This document shows, piece by piece, positions 26,111 to 40,000 of a DNA stretch of 64,000 nucleotides. The DNA is from Spironucleus salmonicida. Taxonomy: Eukaryota. The notes beneath the pieces were generated by a model, which was not told where the DNA came from, ran no database searches, and saw only the letters and a program-made list of their open reading frames with translations. The stretch spans positions 248,001-312,000 of the forward strand of contig NC_090602.1 of the NCBI RefSeq assembly GCF_000497125.1, read 5' to 3'. The position numbers and the translations under genes are program-made. Numbering within the stretch: the stretch's first letter is position 1; each line of letters opens with the position of its first letter.

Positions 26111-27379
26111 TCAGATCCAATTTACAGTATCGTGGTTTTCGTAAATTAATCCTTAATCCACGGCACTTACCTCAATACCATCACCTTCTGTCACCAAATT
26201 AGTAGGTGGTATTCTCTTTTACAGCTTATATATTATCATCTCTCCACTCCAAACTATAAAACCTAAAATAACAAGGATCAAGTACATGATCATATTGTCC
26301 TTTTCATCGATTTTACTCAGCTCTCGACTTAGTGGAATTATGCCTGTGCTTAGTAGATATTACAAACTAAAAACAACACCTAACGCGCTACTAGCGAGGC
26401 CTCCACCTGCCCGTTTCACGAGCAATGCAGAACAATTTGCAGCTACCATACCAAAACCAAAACCAATTAATGTAGAAATTAGAAATTAATTTGGAATAGA
26501 GAAATAACAGAATATATACCCAAAACAGCAAAAAAGAGCTCCTAAAATGACGAAAATTTCAGGTCCAAATTTGAAGAAACCAGAAATTCCAGATATAAGA
26601 AAAACGACTGCAGAAAGTGAAGTTTAAACGATTTAAGCTTATTGTGAAATCTCCAATGGAATGTTATAAATAGTTTTTAACGCAATAATAGATCTTGAAT
26701 CATATGTAGACTTTGAAGCTGTAAATAGAATTCTAAAACACGCTAAAATAAAATAAACAGCTGGAATTTTAGTTAATTTAGCTAGTAAATCTTTAAGTAA
26801 GATTTTGAAATTCGCTTTTTCAATCGTTTTTGATTTAATAGAATATATCAAAATTAAAGCCAAAGATAAAGTTTAAAACGATAAAATAACTATATATCCA
26901 TTAATTAAGTCTAATTTTGGTAATATTAGACCTGCTAATGCTTCTCCAGCCATATAGCCGCAAAAACACACTGCAAACGCTGTGGAATGAAGCTTTTGAG
27001 GCAAAAACTAATCTATAAGCTGTGATTAAGCTGCAAGAGTGGTTTCTCCACAAACTCCATATAAGAATCTACCAAATAGAAATAAATATTAATTAGTTAC
27101 CTTAATTGATACAATATTAAAGGCTGTACCTAAGATTAAAATTGACTGTATAATCGGGAAAATAATATTGAATTTGAACGCATCTAGTATTAGAGAGAAA
27201 GTTATAGCTGAGATAATAGAAGGAGCTGAAATTAGCGTATATGACAAGCTGTGCAAATTAGAAGAATTAAAATGCTGACTTAAACCTTCTGAGAGTATAT
27301 TAACTGATGCAAAATACATAGTATTTGGTAACACCAACAGTGCAATTACTATAATATGCAAAATTGAAATAAAGGACAT
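26111..27379 (-). CDS. Major facilitator superfamily transporter, MFSD1-like (422 aa)
   Basis: Many hydrophobic segments; LISAPSII..ILD and FLFGRFLYGVCGETTLAAQ motifs. Confidence 0.85.
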
Positions 27380-27444
27380 TTAGGAAAGAATAATTGTATA
27401 ATCTTCCATAATATATAATATAAATTAAATAAATTTTTACATTC

Positions 27445-28152
27445 TCACTTATTTACTAATTGCGTCAATAACTTATTAATCTCGTCTTATGTGGACCGCT
27501 AACTAGTATTATAAATAACAGTATTGCTCAGCTTTCGCTTTGGTCTATTTTATGAAGGCTTTGTAATGTATTTTATCGTCTGGTATCGTGTCTTCTACAA
27601 ATTGCTGAAAACTGATGTTGTTGGTTCCTCATACATCAGTGTCTTGACTGCCTATTAAACCTGATGAATTGAACTAACTGGGTTGAATTATGTAGATAAT
27701 TTAGGCTGAACGATTTTTGACGACTGGTGATGTTGGCCACTTTCGTGTCTTATTGCGCAAACTGTACAAAACGTGTGATCCTCTATACATTATTCTTTAA
27801 TATCCTTGTATCGCTGCACGTGCAGTCTTTCGAATGTAGCCTGTAAATGTTATTGATCAACGATAATTTCCTTTGTGTTTTGGACTCTGTAATCTGGCTC
27901 GAAATTAATTATCTAAAAATTACTTGCATTTTTCAATTCTGGCTATATCCTAATTGATTTTCGCTTGATATTTTCTATTTAGTTGATAACCTGTTAATTT
28001 TGCTTTGGGACAGTCATGAACATACTGTTACGATATACATCCTCGTATGTTCCACCATAGTCCTCTGGCTACTGTGCTAGAAATTAGTAGCGTCGCTCGA
28101 CTAGTTTATCCATCATAACCTCTTCCAAATTTATATTTCTATTTTTATGCAT
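27445..28152 (-). CDS. Hypothetical protein (235 aa) with a CxxC-x3-H-x4-H motif
   Basis: Open frame containing FCTVCAIRHESGQHH and ending AAG TGA. Confidence 0.7.
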
Positions 28153-28291
28153 TAATTTTTATATATGACATATATAATATGCAGTTATTCTAAATAATAA
28201 AATTAAAATAAATTATCTAATTTATCATGAAATTATAAAAGTATTGGAAACTCTAATTACTTCTAGATAATAGAAATTTGATGACGTAATA

Positions 28292-28531
28292 ATGAGTTCT
28301 GGAAAAATTTTCATGAATGGGCAAGTATTTAACTATACGCCAATTAATTAGAAATTTATTAAAATGATATTAAGAATTTATATTCGCTAAGGTAAAAGAT
28401 AACAAATAATTGAAAGGTAATATTGTTTATTAAATTAAAGATTTTCGCTCTTTTAATAATTCTAACTATAAAAATAAGGCCTATACCTATAACAATATAT
28501 TTATCGTTAGAAAAATGCTATTAGTTACTGA
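28292..28531 (+). CDS. Possible small hypothetical protein (79 aa)
   Basis: Open frame MSSGKIFMNG...NAISY* fills an otherwise long gap; no other support. Confidence 0.3.
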
Positions 28532-28572
28532 TCAATAAATATGAACTGAATTGTAATATGCTTAACATAATC

Positions 28573-31242
28573 TCACTTTAAATGACTTAATAGCAATGTA
28601 TTACTCTTGTTATAATCCACCCCTGAATCAAAACCAAAAGTACCGCCTTACGACAAATTTAAAGTTTGTTGCTGACTAATTGGTCTTGATATTCTATATG
28701 CATCTGGCTTATTGGCGGTTTATGGTTTTAATATAAATTTGCAGCCAGTTGTTTAAAATTAAAACTAAGATAATTCTCCTCTTAATTATTACTTTCTTTA
28801 AAAAGTTGAAGCTGTCATTTATCTATTTATTACAGATTACTTTGCAGGTTGTATCTCCTCTGAAAACTATACAGCATATCGTACCCTATCTAACTAATCA
28901 TTATAATAGCTGATAACAATAGTTTTATTCGGGTCTAATAATTAATCTGGGGCCTTGAAATTATGAAAATAAAGATCTTTAATCTACTCCAATCGACTTT
29001 AATTTAATTCTGCATCTTTAAATAACCTCTGATAAACATCGTTTATGCTTAGTCTCTAACTCATAAAGTGTTTTAAAAATGAAAACTTATTTGAATTCTC
29101 CATTGTAGTTTTTAATAACTTATCTGTATTTAATTCTTCTATTTGAATGAAATCATTTTCATCGTTAAAATACTAAAATTTTGTAACTTTTGCTAAATTT
29201 TGTTATGTGTTGTTAGTTTTTTATCCCATAACCCGTGTTTAAACTTAAACTCCCACATCTCTAGCTCCTTCCCGTTACTTTAAGGCTGAAATTGCATCTG
29301 TTGCATCCTATATACCTTTAGCAGCCAATAATGCTTCGTTTATGTCCTTTGATATTTTCTTTTTTAATTTAGATGTAAAATATCCACCATTTTTAAAATT
29401 GTCATTTCTATTTTGGTGACCGGAAATAACTAAATTTTGATACTTTTCGAAATCACCGTTTTTCTTTAACATAGTCATTATTTGATCATCAGATAGCCCT
29501 TTATATTTAGGATCTTTTTTCGCCAGCTCTAAAATTTTATTTTGGATGACCTTTTCTGCCAAAAACCCATTAGCTTTAATTTAATTTTTAAATGAATCAT
29601 ATATATTCTACTCCTTCAACAATGTTAAAAGTTCTTTATCCGATAGATTTCCGTATTTTGGATCTTTTCGAGCTTATTCTAAGACTAATAAATCCATTTA
29701 TTTTTAGTTCAAAAATCCGTTTTCTTTTACTATCTAAAAGTATTTATTAAAATCTTTAGTAGATTATAGCTAATTTAAGATTTGGTCATCAGTTAAATGC
29801 CCCAATTCAGGATGGTCAAGTCTGTATTATTCAATAACTAATTTATTTATTTCTGCTTATGAAAGAAAGTTATTATGTTCTATTATCTTCATAAAGTTTT
29901 AATAATCCCCATTCGCTTTTATTTTCTTTAAAATTTCTATATCTGATAGACCAAAATATTTGGTATCTTATTTTGCTAGCTCTAATAATAACATGTTGAG
30001 TTTTTAGTTATCTTACTTTGATAAATTGTTTTCTTATTCTTATTTATTAATATCATCCATATTTACTCCAAATTCATCTTTAATTTACTGCTTAATTTTT
30101 TTAAGCTCTTCTTTTAATAGTGCTGTTTCATTATTACCTTATTAAGATGTGATATTTCCAGTATTTAAATTAACAACATTGCTGTTAAATTATTTTTATC
30201 GTGCTGCAACTAAATCTTATGTTAACTATAATATTTCTTCCTTTAACTTAGTTATTAGTTGTGATGGGGTTGCATATTCAATCTCATGCTTATTACACCC
30301 TTACATTAGCTCTCTGACCTTATTTCTTAACCGTTCATTTTCGCTTTGAAGATCATAAACCTAATCCTGTTTTTTTGACTACCCTGAAGTTTTAGCATCA
30401 ATCACACTTTATAACTCTTCAATTTTGGATTTTTACTTCTTAAACGTTTCTTTATATCTATTAATTTCGTGCTATATTTAAGACATTTTAAATTCGTCTT
30501 CTTTAAGGGTAGAATTAAGTTTTTCTAGAATAGTTCGTAAATGCTAATTATCTGATATAAGTTATTTATTTTATTTTTTATATTGCTATACACTTAAATC
30601 CTCTTCAAAAACTTCGCTAGTCTTCTTCAAATTTTTATCAATCTCAATATCTGGAACATAAATATTTGATTTTTTCATTTGATAAATTTATTCAGCCAGT
30701 TATGAATCTTCTATTCTTCGCTTATTTTTAAGTTTTTCTATGATTTCCAACTTTTGTGTAATCAGTTCTTACATTTTAACACTCAATTCTGCCGACTAAG
30801 TGTTCTGTAATAACTATTTTAAATTATCTAGTTCTAATTAAGCCGTATACATTTTCTCTTAGTTAAACATATCAAAAAGTGTATTTTCAAAATTTTACAT
30901 TATCGAAATTGCCAATTTGATGTTAATCACATTTTTTAGTTCAAGAATTTGTTCATAAAAAACTGGCAAAACATTTTTCGGTACTTGATGATCTGTCAGT
31001 GGGTTGCAATCTAGTAAATCTTCATACATTACAAATAACTTGTGTGAATCGAAAAAGCTAAAAAGCTCGTCAAATGCGTTATCAGTTATATCTTAGAGCT
31101 ACAGTCGCTATTTTGAAAAGAACTGATTGAACATCATCTTAGATTATGGTTATAATACTGTTGTAATCAATGACGCTGTCAGATAACTCCGAGTCATTTT
31201 GTCATGATTTGACAGAACGCTCATTCCAAAAATACCTTACAT
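28573..31242 (-). CDS. Coiled-coil protein (889 aa) with four ~50-aa internal repeats; N-terminal domain shared with 45653-49399
   Basis: Open frame with repeats ELAKQDTKYFGLSD, EQYRLDHPELGHLTD, EQARKDPKYGNLSD and ELAKKDPKYKGLSD. Confidence 0.8.
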
Positions 31243-31262
31243 ATGTTTATTATATTATAATA

Positions 31263-32183
31263 TCACTATTTTTCACTTACCTAAGAAATGCATTTTTTAC
31301 ACTAGCAAACGAACCCCCATCCTTCTAGAAGCTCTCTCTATCTCTCCTGGACGGTTTTACATTCCTGAATATAGCTAACCACTAACTCTTCATTTTGACA
31401 TATATCTCTCTCGGCCACAATCTCAACAACGCGGTTTTCGCCCCAACTGAAGAATACGTTTGGATCGCAGCTGTGATTCAGCTTGCTGGCGACGTTGTAG
31501 ACGGCGATACCGACCAGCTCGTCCCCGATGATCACCGACGAGTTGTTCAAGGCGATGATTGAAACGAGGAACTTAAAGAACTCAAAGGTCAGCATTTCGT
31601 TGACCAGGCCTGTCAGATCCTCCGCGAAATCCAGTAGTTTGACGGACTGTAAGAAGAACAATTTTGCTGTTTTGAAAGCCTTTTTGACGTCGAAATTGCA
31701 CGTCAGGTTCTGCGTGTTCAAGATCTTCTTGTAAGGGCCCAGTGCAAGCTGAATCGCGGCTTCCAGATCGTTTCCCTTCAACTGAAAAATGACTATTTTA
31801 GCTAAAATCTGCGAAATTACCTCACAAATCGAGTAGTTTGACATTATTTCGGTCTTCGAGTGCATGGTTGCTATGCGAGGAATCTGCTTCGAATTTCTGC
31901 CCTGGCACAGCGCCCAGTGCGCGAGGTAGTGGGCCTACTGGCAGCCCTCAGAGCAGTAGAAGAGGTCACAGGTAGGGCATGATGATGAAACGTTCTTTTT
32001 GAAGCAGTTGGCGCAGTGGGTTTGAGCGACGAAATTCCTTGCAGGAAGGAGGTACGAAATGAGCGGAACGTCCTCAAAAATGATCTATTTGGTTAGTAGT
32101 TGTTAGGTTGTAAATAAGGAGTCACCAGTGGCTTCAGTTGTTATTAATTTTAAGTTGGCCTCGTCTAAAAATTGTTAGTTCAT
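31263..32183 (-). CDS. SET and MYND domain lysine methyltransferase (SMYD family, 306 aa)
   Basis: MYND-type CANC..CPTC..YCSEGCQ..H...C, SET motifs NHSCDPN and EELVVSY, post-SET FVCQCKKC. Confidence 0.92.
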
Positions 32184-32246
32184 AACGGAGTGGTTTAATG
32201 ATAAGTACTAATTAATATATTATAAATAATATATATAAATATTTTC

Positions 32247-33167
32247 ATGAGTTATATTATAATTTAAGATGGGTCTGCTTAAGTGAACTCAAATAACGTG
32301 AATCTTGCCTTTAGCATATCACCAGATCATTTAGAATATAAAAATATGACTTTCAGTAACTTCTTCATTGCATCTGACGATGTTATGTTGTCAAATTAAC
32401 TTTAACCTTGGAATACAGTTGAAATCATGACATTTTTTTTCTATTAGATAAATATTGAGCTTATATAATTCTAATTATCAGATTAGTTCATATTCGATCT
32501 GTAAGATACTAAAATTCTTATTTTCAAAAATGTCAAACTATATGATCTCATAACAGAAGCTATTTTATATATTTTCCAATTTAAGCAAGTTCACAATAAT
32601 GTCGTTATTATCAACAAAGTGATGGCGAAACAAATTCTTTTTAATTATAAAATGCTTAAAAACTATGATGGAAACGCTTTGATTATCAACGACATAATCT
32701 CCCGGGCACCGTTCTATGATGTAGACTATCAGGTTAGGTAATGCAAATTGCCTTAGTTTAATGTTAGACTTACCCTTGCTAATTTTAACAATTTTCCAGA
32801 TTTCAAGTTTAAAAATTTGAATTTTAAATTCAAATTTGAAGGAAATGATTAAGAATAGTTTTTTAGAACATTTGAAGAAACTGTTATTTATCTGTTAGAT
32901 GAACATAAAAACTTGAATATTACAAAAATTATAGTTAATACATAATAATTGTCAAAAAAGCTTCTTAGTTTTTAATTTGGACTAGCTGAACAAATTGAAT
33001 AGAATGAACTTGAATTTGATATCAGGAGAATGAAATTTGACAAAGATAAAAGATTTAAACATTATATAGGACTTTAAAGCTTTGAGCGAGATTTTAATAT
33101 AGATATTGTTAATGATTTAATTGAAATCTAACGCCTTTATTGTGAAATGGAATATATTTGGAAGTGA
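32247..33167 (+). CDS. Hypothetical protein (306 aa)
   Basis: Open frame MSYIIIQDGSAQ...EMEYIWK* ending AAG TGA. Confidence 0.7.
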
Positions 33168-33329
33168 TTATTTAATATAGAATGAATACTTATGTTGATT
33201 AGTTAAAACATAATCTCAAATATGTAATAAAATATTCTGGAAACTGTTTAAATAGGAAAGTGAAAATCCGTTTACTAATACTATTAATATATTATATAAC
33301 TTATTACATAATCATAAGACTCCACTTTA

Positions 33330-34403
33330 ATGTCAACGTCGGTTAGTAGTACAAGGTTTTCGCATTCTTTTCCCTATGACTACACACCTATTTCACCATT
33401 CTTATTTCAGGTTAAGATAAGGCCTGCGATATACTATTTAACTCTACCAATTTGGTTGTTATTATCCCCTATAAACTTTATTTTAAAAACAGTGTGTCTT
33501 ATAGCTAATTTTGTTAATTTTCTTATAATTTCTAAAATATTTACATTTTCTCCATCGATTTAACGTTATTACTTGTAATTTATATGTTATGTGAGTTTAT
33601 TTATTTAAGGGAATATTCCAATTAAAACAACAAAACAGAAACGTGTATGTGAGATTTTAGTAGCAAATCATACTAACTTAAATGATGTTAATATTGGTAT
33701 TATATCATGTTAAGCTGGATTTCTATCTAAAGCTGAAATGAAGAAAGTACCAATTATTTCCTATGCAGCAAGAATTCTTAATTCCGTTTATGTAGACAGA
33801 AAAACTGGATAAAATGATTTATCTAACAGAGTTGCCAAAAATCCAATTATTGTTTTCCCAGAAGGAACTATATCAAATTAAAAAGTCTTAATGAGATTTA
33901 AAACAGGAGCATTTAGACTTAAAGATGAAGTTTAACCACTGTGTATTTATTATTAATCATTTTTCCAGATTGAATGGTTGACAGAGCATGCATTACATCA
34001 TATATATACTCTTTTTACCTCACCTTTTTCCAGAACAAAATATTATTTCTTAGAACCTATGAAGAGATTCGAAAATGAAACGTATTAAGAATTTGCGGAT
34101 CGTGTTGGGAAAAAGATGGCCGATGAGATGGGAATTGTATACTTACCATACTCAATTGATGACTATCTTTATTTTTAAGGTATCAAAACTATTGATAAAT
34201 GTAGTAATGAATATCTTAAGGATTATGGGTGGATGGGTGATCACGCCCATTATAGAAAAATTTGCTAATAATAGGGGTTAAACTCACTTTACGAGCACAG
34301 AAGAGAATAATTCATTTAAAGTTAGTATGCTTGGTCGGAAGAACATGCCTTAGATGTGATTGATCAACGCTTAGGTAATTTTGCAAAATTTAGTAAACAG
34401 TGA
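33330..34403 (+). CDS. Lysophospholipid acyltransferase (LPCAT/PlsC-like, 357 aa)
   Basis: N-terminal hydrophobic region, NHTNLND (HxxxxD), YVDR, VFPEGT and FKTGAF. Confidence 0.9.
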
Positions 34404-34413
34404 CACACTTTAT

Positions 34414-34815
34414 TCATTAAAAATTCCATGATGGTCTTAGAATCATTATAAGCAGTCTCATATCTCTATCCATTATTGTGACTCTTTTTGCATGTTCTGC
34501 CAACATTACACAATCAGATAAAATTCTTATTAAAATAGCTTCGGTGGCTTACTACAGGCATTCCAATGCTAGATTCTAAAACCTAAATTCAGCGTGCCTT
34601 TTTCTTGTGATTGCCCTAACTAGTAACGCAAATGCAGATTTTGGAACAACCAAATTTGTCATTTTTTGTTATTTCTGGACTTCAACCATAGCTTTAGATT
34701 TTTTTAAGACTATTGGTTTTTTTAAAGGTTGATTTTTAACAACAATAGACTATCTTGGTTTTTTATTTGAAGTTCTAAAAGCTTTAGCATCAGCCACAAA
34801 CTTAAAAATTGCCAT
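34414..34815 (-). CDS. Divergent histone H3 variant (133 aa)
   Basis: AMVEVQKQQKMTNLVVPKSAFALLVRAIT..FRFQNLALECLQQATEA..HAKRVTIMDRDMRL aligns with the H3 histone fold. Confidence 0.9.
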
Positions 34816-34854
34816 TGTAGAATGATTTTGTGAGATGCAAAACAAGAAATCATA

Positions 34855-36255
34855 TCACTTTGTAATGAATTTCGTCGAAGCCATATCAAAAAATGTGGAC
34901 AGAATAAAAGATGCTCCGTTTAATAATACTATAAAAAAGCACCCAGTTAATAGAAAAACTAAATTTTTAATATTTAACTTCTTCTTAATTTGCTAAGGTG
35001 CCTCTTACATGATTTCTTCTAATTCCATTTTATCGACATTACCAGATACAGTTAAACCTTCGCTATATTCCTTACATATTCTCTATTCATAAGCTATTTT
35101 CATATCTTCATGTTTGTATAAAAATAGAATAGGTAAAATCCAATTTTCTATAAAACCAAATACACTAGAAACTATATTAAAGACTTTTAGTATATCAGGG
35201 ACAAGAATACTAAAACCACAAGAAAGAAAAGCCATTGCACCACCCAATATTACGTAAATTAAATAACCTTTGTTCGTGTTTTTGTCTTGTTTAAATATTT
35301 TCATGAACATTCCTCTAATAGGAAATGTTACAACGACATATGTTAAAAGGACCACAAGTGCATATAAAAATCTGACAGTAGTCATAACATAATTTTAGGA
35401 TACAAAACTAAGCAAGACATTAGTGGAAATATCTCGGCCAAATAAAAACAAACAAAAAAAGGCCATAAAGACACATAATGTGCAAGTTACAAGTGTAGCT
35501 GTGATCATGGCCTTTTTTAAAACCCCTCTACGATAATCTCCATCACCAGGCATAACATTGAAAACCACTGGTACGCTAGCCTAGCAACCAAATAGTGGTA
35601 AAAATAACGGTATTCTTTAGATTATTTCTAAAAATATATAAATACCTCTTGTATGAACCGGCTTTGCTAATAAACCTTTATTCGAAAGTTTAATTGTAGA
35701 TTATGTTCCGTTTATATTTATAAGTGTTTCTCCAGCTTAAACTGCAATTCCATAAAATACTACAACGCAAACAACTGCAATAACTACAAATAGTTATTAA
35801 GCAGCTGATAAATTAGAAATTGATTTTAATGTTTTGAAGATAAGAAAAAATGTCAGCATGCCAAATATTATTATTTTAAGATATATTGTACTAAATGAAT
35901 AATTTGATATTGATACAATGAATATCTGTGTATAATCAGCACATATAGACACATATGAGATTAAATAGCCAAAATACTAAAATACAATAAATGCTTCGAT
36001 AATAATAGAAATTACCTTACCAAATAATTATGTCAACAAGTCGGATAGAGTTTAACAAGATGTATAATAGCAGGCATCTATAACATAGTTAAAACCAAAA
36101 ATAGAATAAACAACAGAAAAAATTGTAACTATAGATGCTACAGGCCATCCTAGTCTCATATATGTATATGGTAAAGCTAATAAAGAAGTTCCAATCATTA
36201 AGTTACAAATTGTGAGCGTTGTACGAATGTAATCTTTTTGATATTAAGTTACCAT
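34855..36255 (-). CDS. Amino acid transporter, AAAP/Aa_trans family (466 aa)
   Basis: NLMIGTSLLALPY..LGW, LFGCQASVP, LFGRDISTNVLL and multiple hydrophobic segments. Confidence 0.9.
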
Positions 36256-36580
36256 TTTTAATAATCAGTATAAATTATATTAATAAAATAAACTATTAGC
36301 CCTCAAAATTCATTTCTTTTGAAGCTTATGTAAAGGGTTTATACATCTTTGATAAATAATTACTATATTTTCTAATATTACTAATGATTAACAAAGTATA
36401 AGATTGAGTTTATTTTACCATAATAATATCAATAATTACTAATTTTATACCATATCATCAAAAAATATGTATACTTTTCGTATACAAAAATATAAATATA
36501 CTAACTGTACATTAAAATATATTATGTCATCTATTTTGATGTTTGAATTGCGTTTAATTCACGACATCAAGAACATAATA

Positions 36581-36976
36581 TCAACGTTTTTAGTTTCGTT
36601 TTGCAAACATTATTCTATTAAGAATATCATACTTCAATTCACCTTTATATATTTCCTAATCTCCTTCCAATAATATACAATGTGGCTAATAAATAAATAA
36701 ATAATCCTAAAATAAAAATTCGAAAGTTTCTTTTTGGTTTTCTATAAGGTTAAACTCATTTATCAATATCGATTTGTTCTCAGATTTTTTAAAAGCCCTA
36801 TAAATCTTAACATCTTACAACTCTGTGACTAAATTAACCTAAACTTTATATGCATTCTAAAATTCAATTAATTCTCCTATTAAATCTGAAGATACATCTG
36901 TGTTTAATGGTAATGATAGATATAGATTAAAACTATAGCCAAAACTTTTCTACTAAATATATTTAAATTCTTTCAT
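36581..36976 (-). CDS. Small protein (131 aa), possible redoxin-like fold without CxxC
   Basis: Open frame MKEFKYIQQ...VQVNLVTE...YQPHCILLEGDQEIYKG...*; pattern resembles the 1236-1613 protein. Confidence 0.5.
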
Positions 36977-37037
36977 TTTAGCAAAATTAAGAGAATAGCT
37001 AATATTTATATATAATTACTATAAAATGATTTCAAAA

Positions 37038-39659
37038 TCACTTACCCATGGCAGCAATTTACATTGGCTTAATATTCCAAATGTTATCACAATATGTTTA
37101 GATGGATCTATCAGAGCTGAAGAATCCCATTCTAGCAACATTGTTAAGCATCATGACGGCCCAGGTACCTTTATCCTTGTAAGCAGGTAAGATATCCTCG
37201 AGATAGATTTCATTATAAGCTTCAAAATCAACAGCAGTAAGATAGAAATCGTTACCATTTTAAAGTCTGTTAACAACCATGCTGAAATATTCAGTATTAC
37301 CAAACATTCCAGTTCTGATGGCTTCTAAAGCTTCCTTGAAGTCAGAACAAAGTTCGACTTAACGACCTTGTTAAAATTCGCTTCTAATAAAATCTACCTA
37401 ATCAGCAAGAGCACCAAAGATAAAGATGGATTCTTCACCTACGTGTTCTTAGATCTCAACATTGGCACCATCAAGAGTACCAACGATAATACCACCATTC
37501 ATACAAGCTTTCATATTACCAGTACCAGAAGCTTCCATACCAGCAGTAGATATCTATTCAGATAAATCAGTAGCAGGGAAGATGATTTCAGCAGAGGAAA
37601 CATTGTAGTTAGGGATGAAGATGACACGTAAGTAGTCCTTGGTGTCAGGATCATTATTAACAACATCACCAACAGCGTTAATAAGCTTAATTAAACATTT
37701 AGCCATCTCATAAGCAGAAGCGGCTTTACCAGCGAAAATCTTACAAACACCAGCACCAAACTTCTCTTTACGTTGCGCAGGAGTCATCTGCTTTAACTTC
37801 AAATAGAAAGAAATAGCCTGAATAATATTCATCTACTGACGCTTATATTCATGGATACGTTTAACTTGAGTGTCAAAAATCATAGTTTCAGGTATCTTAC
37901 CACCACAGTTGGATACATGTCTTTCAATGTAAGAGGCAAGACGCTGCTTGTTCGCTTATTTGATAGATAATAATTCTTAAAGGGCCTGAGGATCTTTTTA
38001 CAAAGAGGTTAAGTTCTTTAAAACATCCATATTAGCAACCCAGTCATGTTCAGATTGAATGAAACCAGCCTTCTTTAAATTTTTAGTGATAAAATGAGAA
38101 AGCAAAGGATTTGCTTAGGCGATCCATCTTCTAGGTGTTACACCATTAGTAACATTGGTAAACTTACCAGGGAACATTTTATTGAAATCGATGAAAATAG
38201 AGTTTACAATAATATCCGAGTGAAGAGCAGCTACACCGTTAACCTTACGTGAACCAACAATGGCAAGATTAGCCATTCTGAGAGATTAAGCGTGGCCTTC
38301 TTCAACAAGAGACATAGCGCGAACAGCATCGCCAGAGCAGTTCTTAGCATTACATTCAATTATGAATCTTCTGTTAATTTCAAACATAATTTCTGTGTGT
38401 CTGGGTAGTAATTCCTTACAGATGCTTACTGGCCATTTTTCAAGAGCTTCAGGTAAAACAGTATGGTTGGTATAACAGAAAGTCTTAGTAACAACGCTCC
38501 AGGCTTAATCCCAGGAGAAGTCATGATGATCAATTAGTTGATGCATAAGTTCAGGGATACCTAAAGCAGGGTGTGTATCATTTAACTGAACACTGAAATG
38601 CTAGTGGAAATCAGAAAGATCGATTTACATTTCCGCAGCTCTAGCAATCATATCTTAAATAGAAGCAGAAACAAAGAAATATTCTTGTTTGAGTCTTAAT
38701 TTCTTACCGTTCTCAGTAGAATCATTAGGATAAAGAACGAAAGTAATATTTTCAGTATCAGCTTTCTCACGAACCGAATTATAGAAATCTCCAGAGCAGT
38801 GAGCACCAAGTTCAAATTCAGTATAAGGACGAGCAGACCAAAGACGTATGTTAGCAACATTAGTGGTGTGATGGCCAGGGCAAAGGCAATCATAAGCTAC
38901 AGCTTTAATGAGCTGTGCATCTCTCCATTTGAATTCTAACTTTTTGTTCTTATTTTCAACCATTTCAGTCCATCCACCGAAACGAACGATAAATTCACGG
39001 TCTAAACGTTCAACTAACGGAAGAGGAGTACCATGTTTTAACCAATAATCTGGTTCTTCTTGCTAATAACCATCCTTAATTGTTTATCTGAACATACCAT
39101 AATTATAGCGTAAACCATAACCCCAAGCAGGGATATCCATACAGGCTAAAGAGTCAATGAAGCAAGCAGCTAAGCGACCAAGACCACCATTACCAAGACC
39201 AGCGTCCATTTCTTCTGCCTGAAGATCCTCTAACTTGAAACCAAGATCTCTAAGAGCTTCATGATAAGTTTTTCCAACCTCTAAATTATAAAGAGAGTTA
39301 GTAAGAGCTCTGCCCATTAAAAATTCTAAAGATAAATAATTAATAGTTCTAGCCTTATTCTGGATTTGAGCACGATAAGTGGCTTGCCAGTTATCAATAA
39401 GCTTATTTCTAAGAGCCATTGAAGTAGCTTAGAACATACCAAATACGTCAATATTAGAGGAATCTCTACAAAGTTGATATTTAATATAATTAACAATGTT
39501 GTTAGAAACGGTTTATGGTGTCTATTAATCTACACCAGTAGAGAGAAGTGAGTGGAATTGCATCGAACCAATCTGAGAGCCGACAGTATAATCAACAGAT
39601 TTTCCATTAGTGGCAACCGGTGCAGAAGTACGCTTTGTAGCTAATTCTTTTGCAAACAT
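37038..39659 (-). CDS. Glycogen phosphorylase (873 aa)
   Basis: [74 protein letters not shown] and the PLP-lysine motif EASGTGNMK. Confidence 0.98.
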
Positions 39660-40000
39660 TTTAAAATTAGATTATATTTGGAAGTGAAAATAATAATTTA
39701 ATATTCATATAATAACTAACTATATGAATTCAAACTATTTACGGTAAAATAATTATATACAATATAATAGATATTTATTTTGTGGTTTAGTATAATTAAT
39801 ATTGTGGTTTATGTAACCATGTTTTGTAAAATGTAGAGGTATATGATAAAGATTTATTACTATTTTTTTCAAATTTATTTAGAAAGTATCTATAGATTGT
39901 ATAGAAGTGAAAGAATCAGTTATTTAAAATATTATTGATTAAATCATAATAATTGTTTTAGATTAGTGGTTCATTTAAAGTTACAAATAATAAACTTCGT

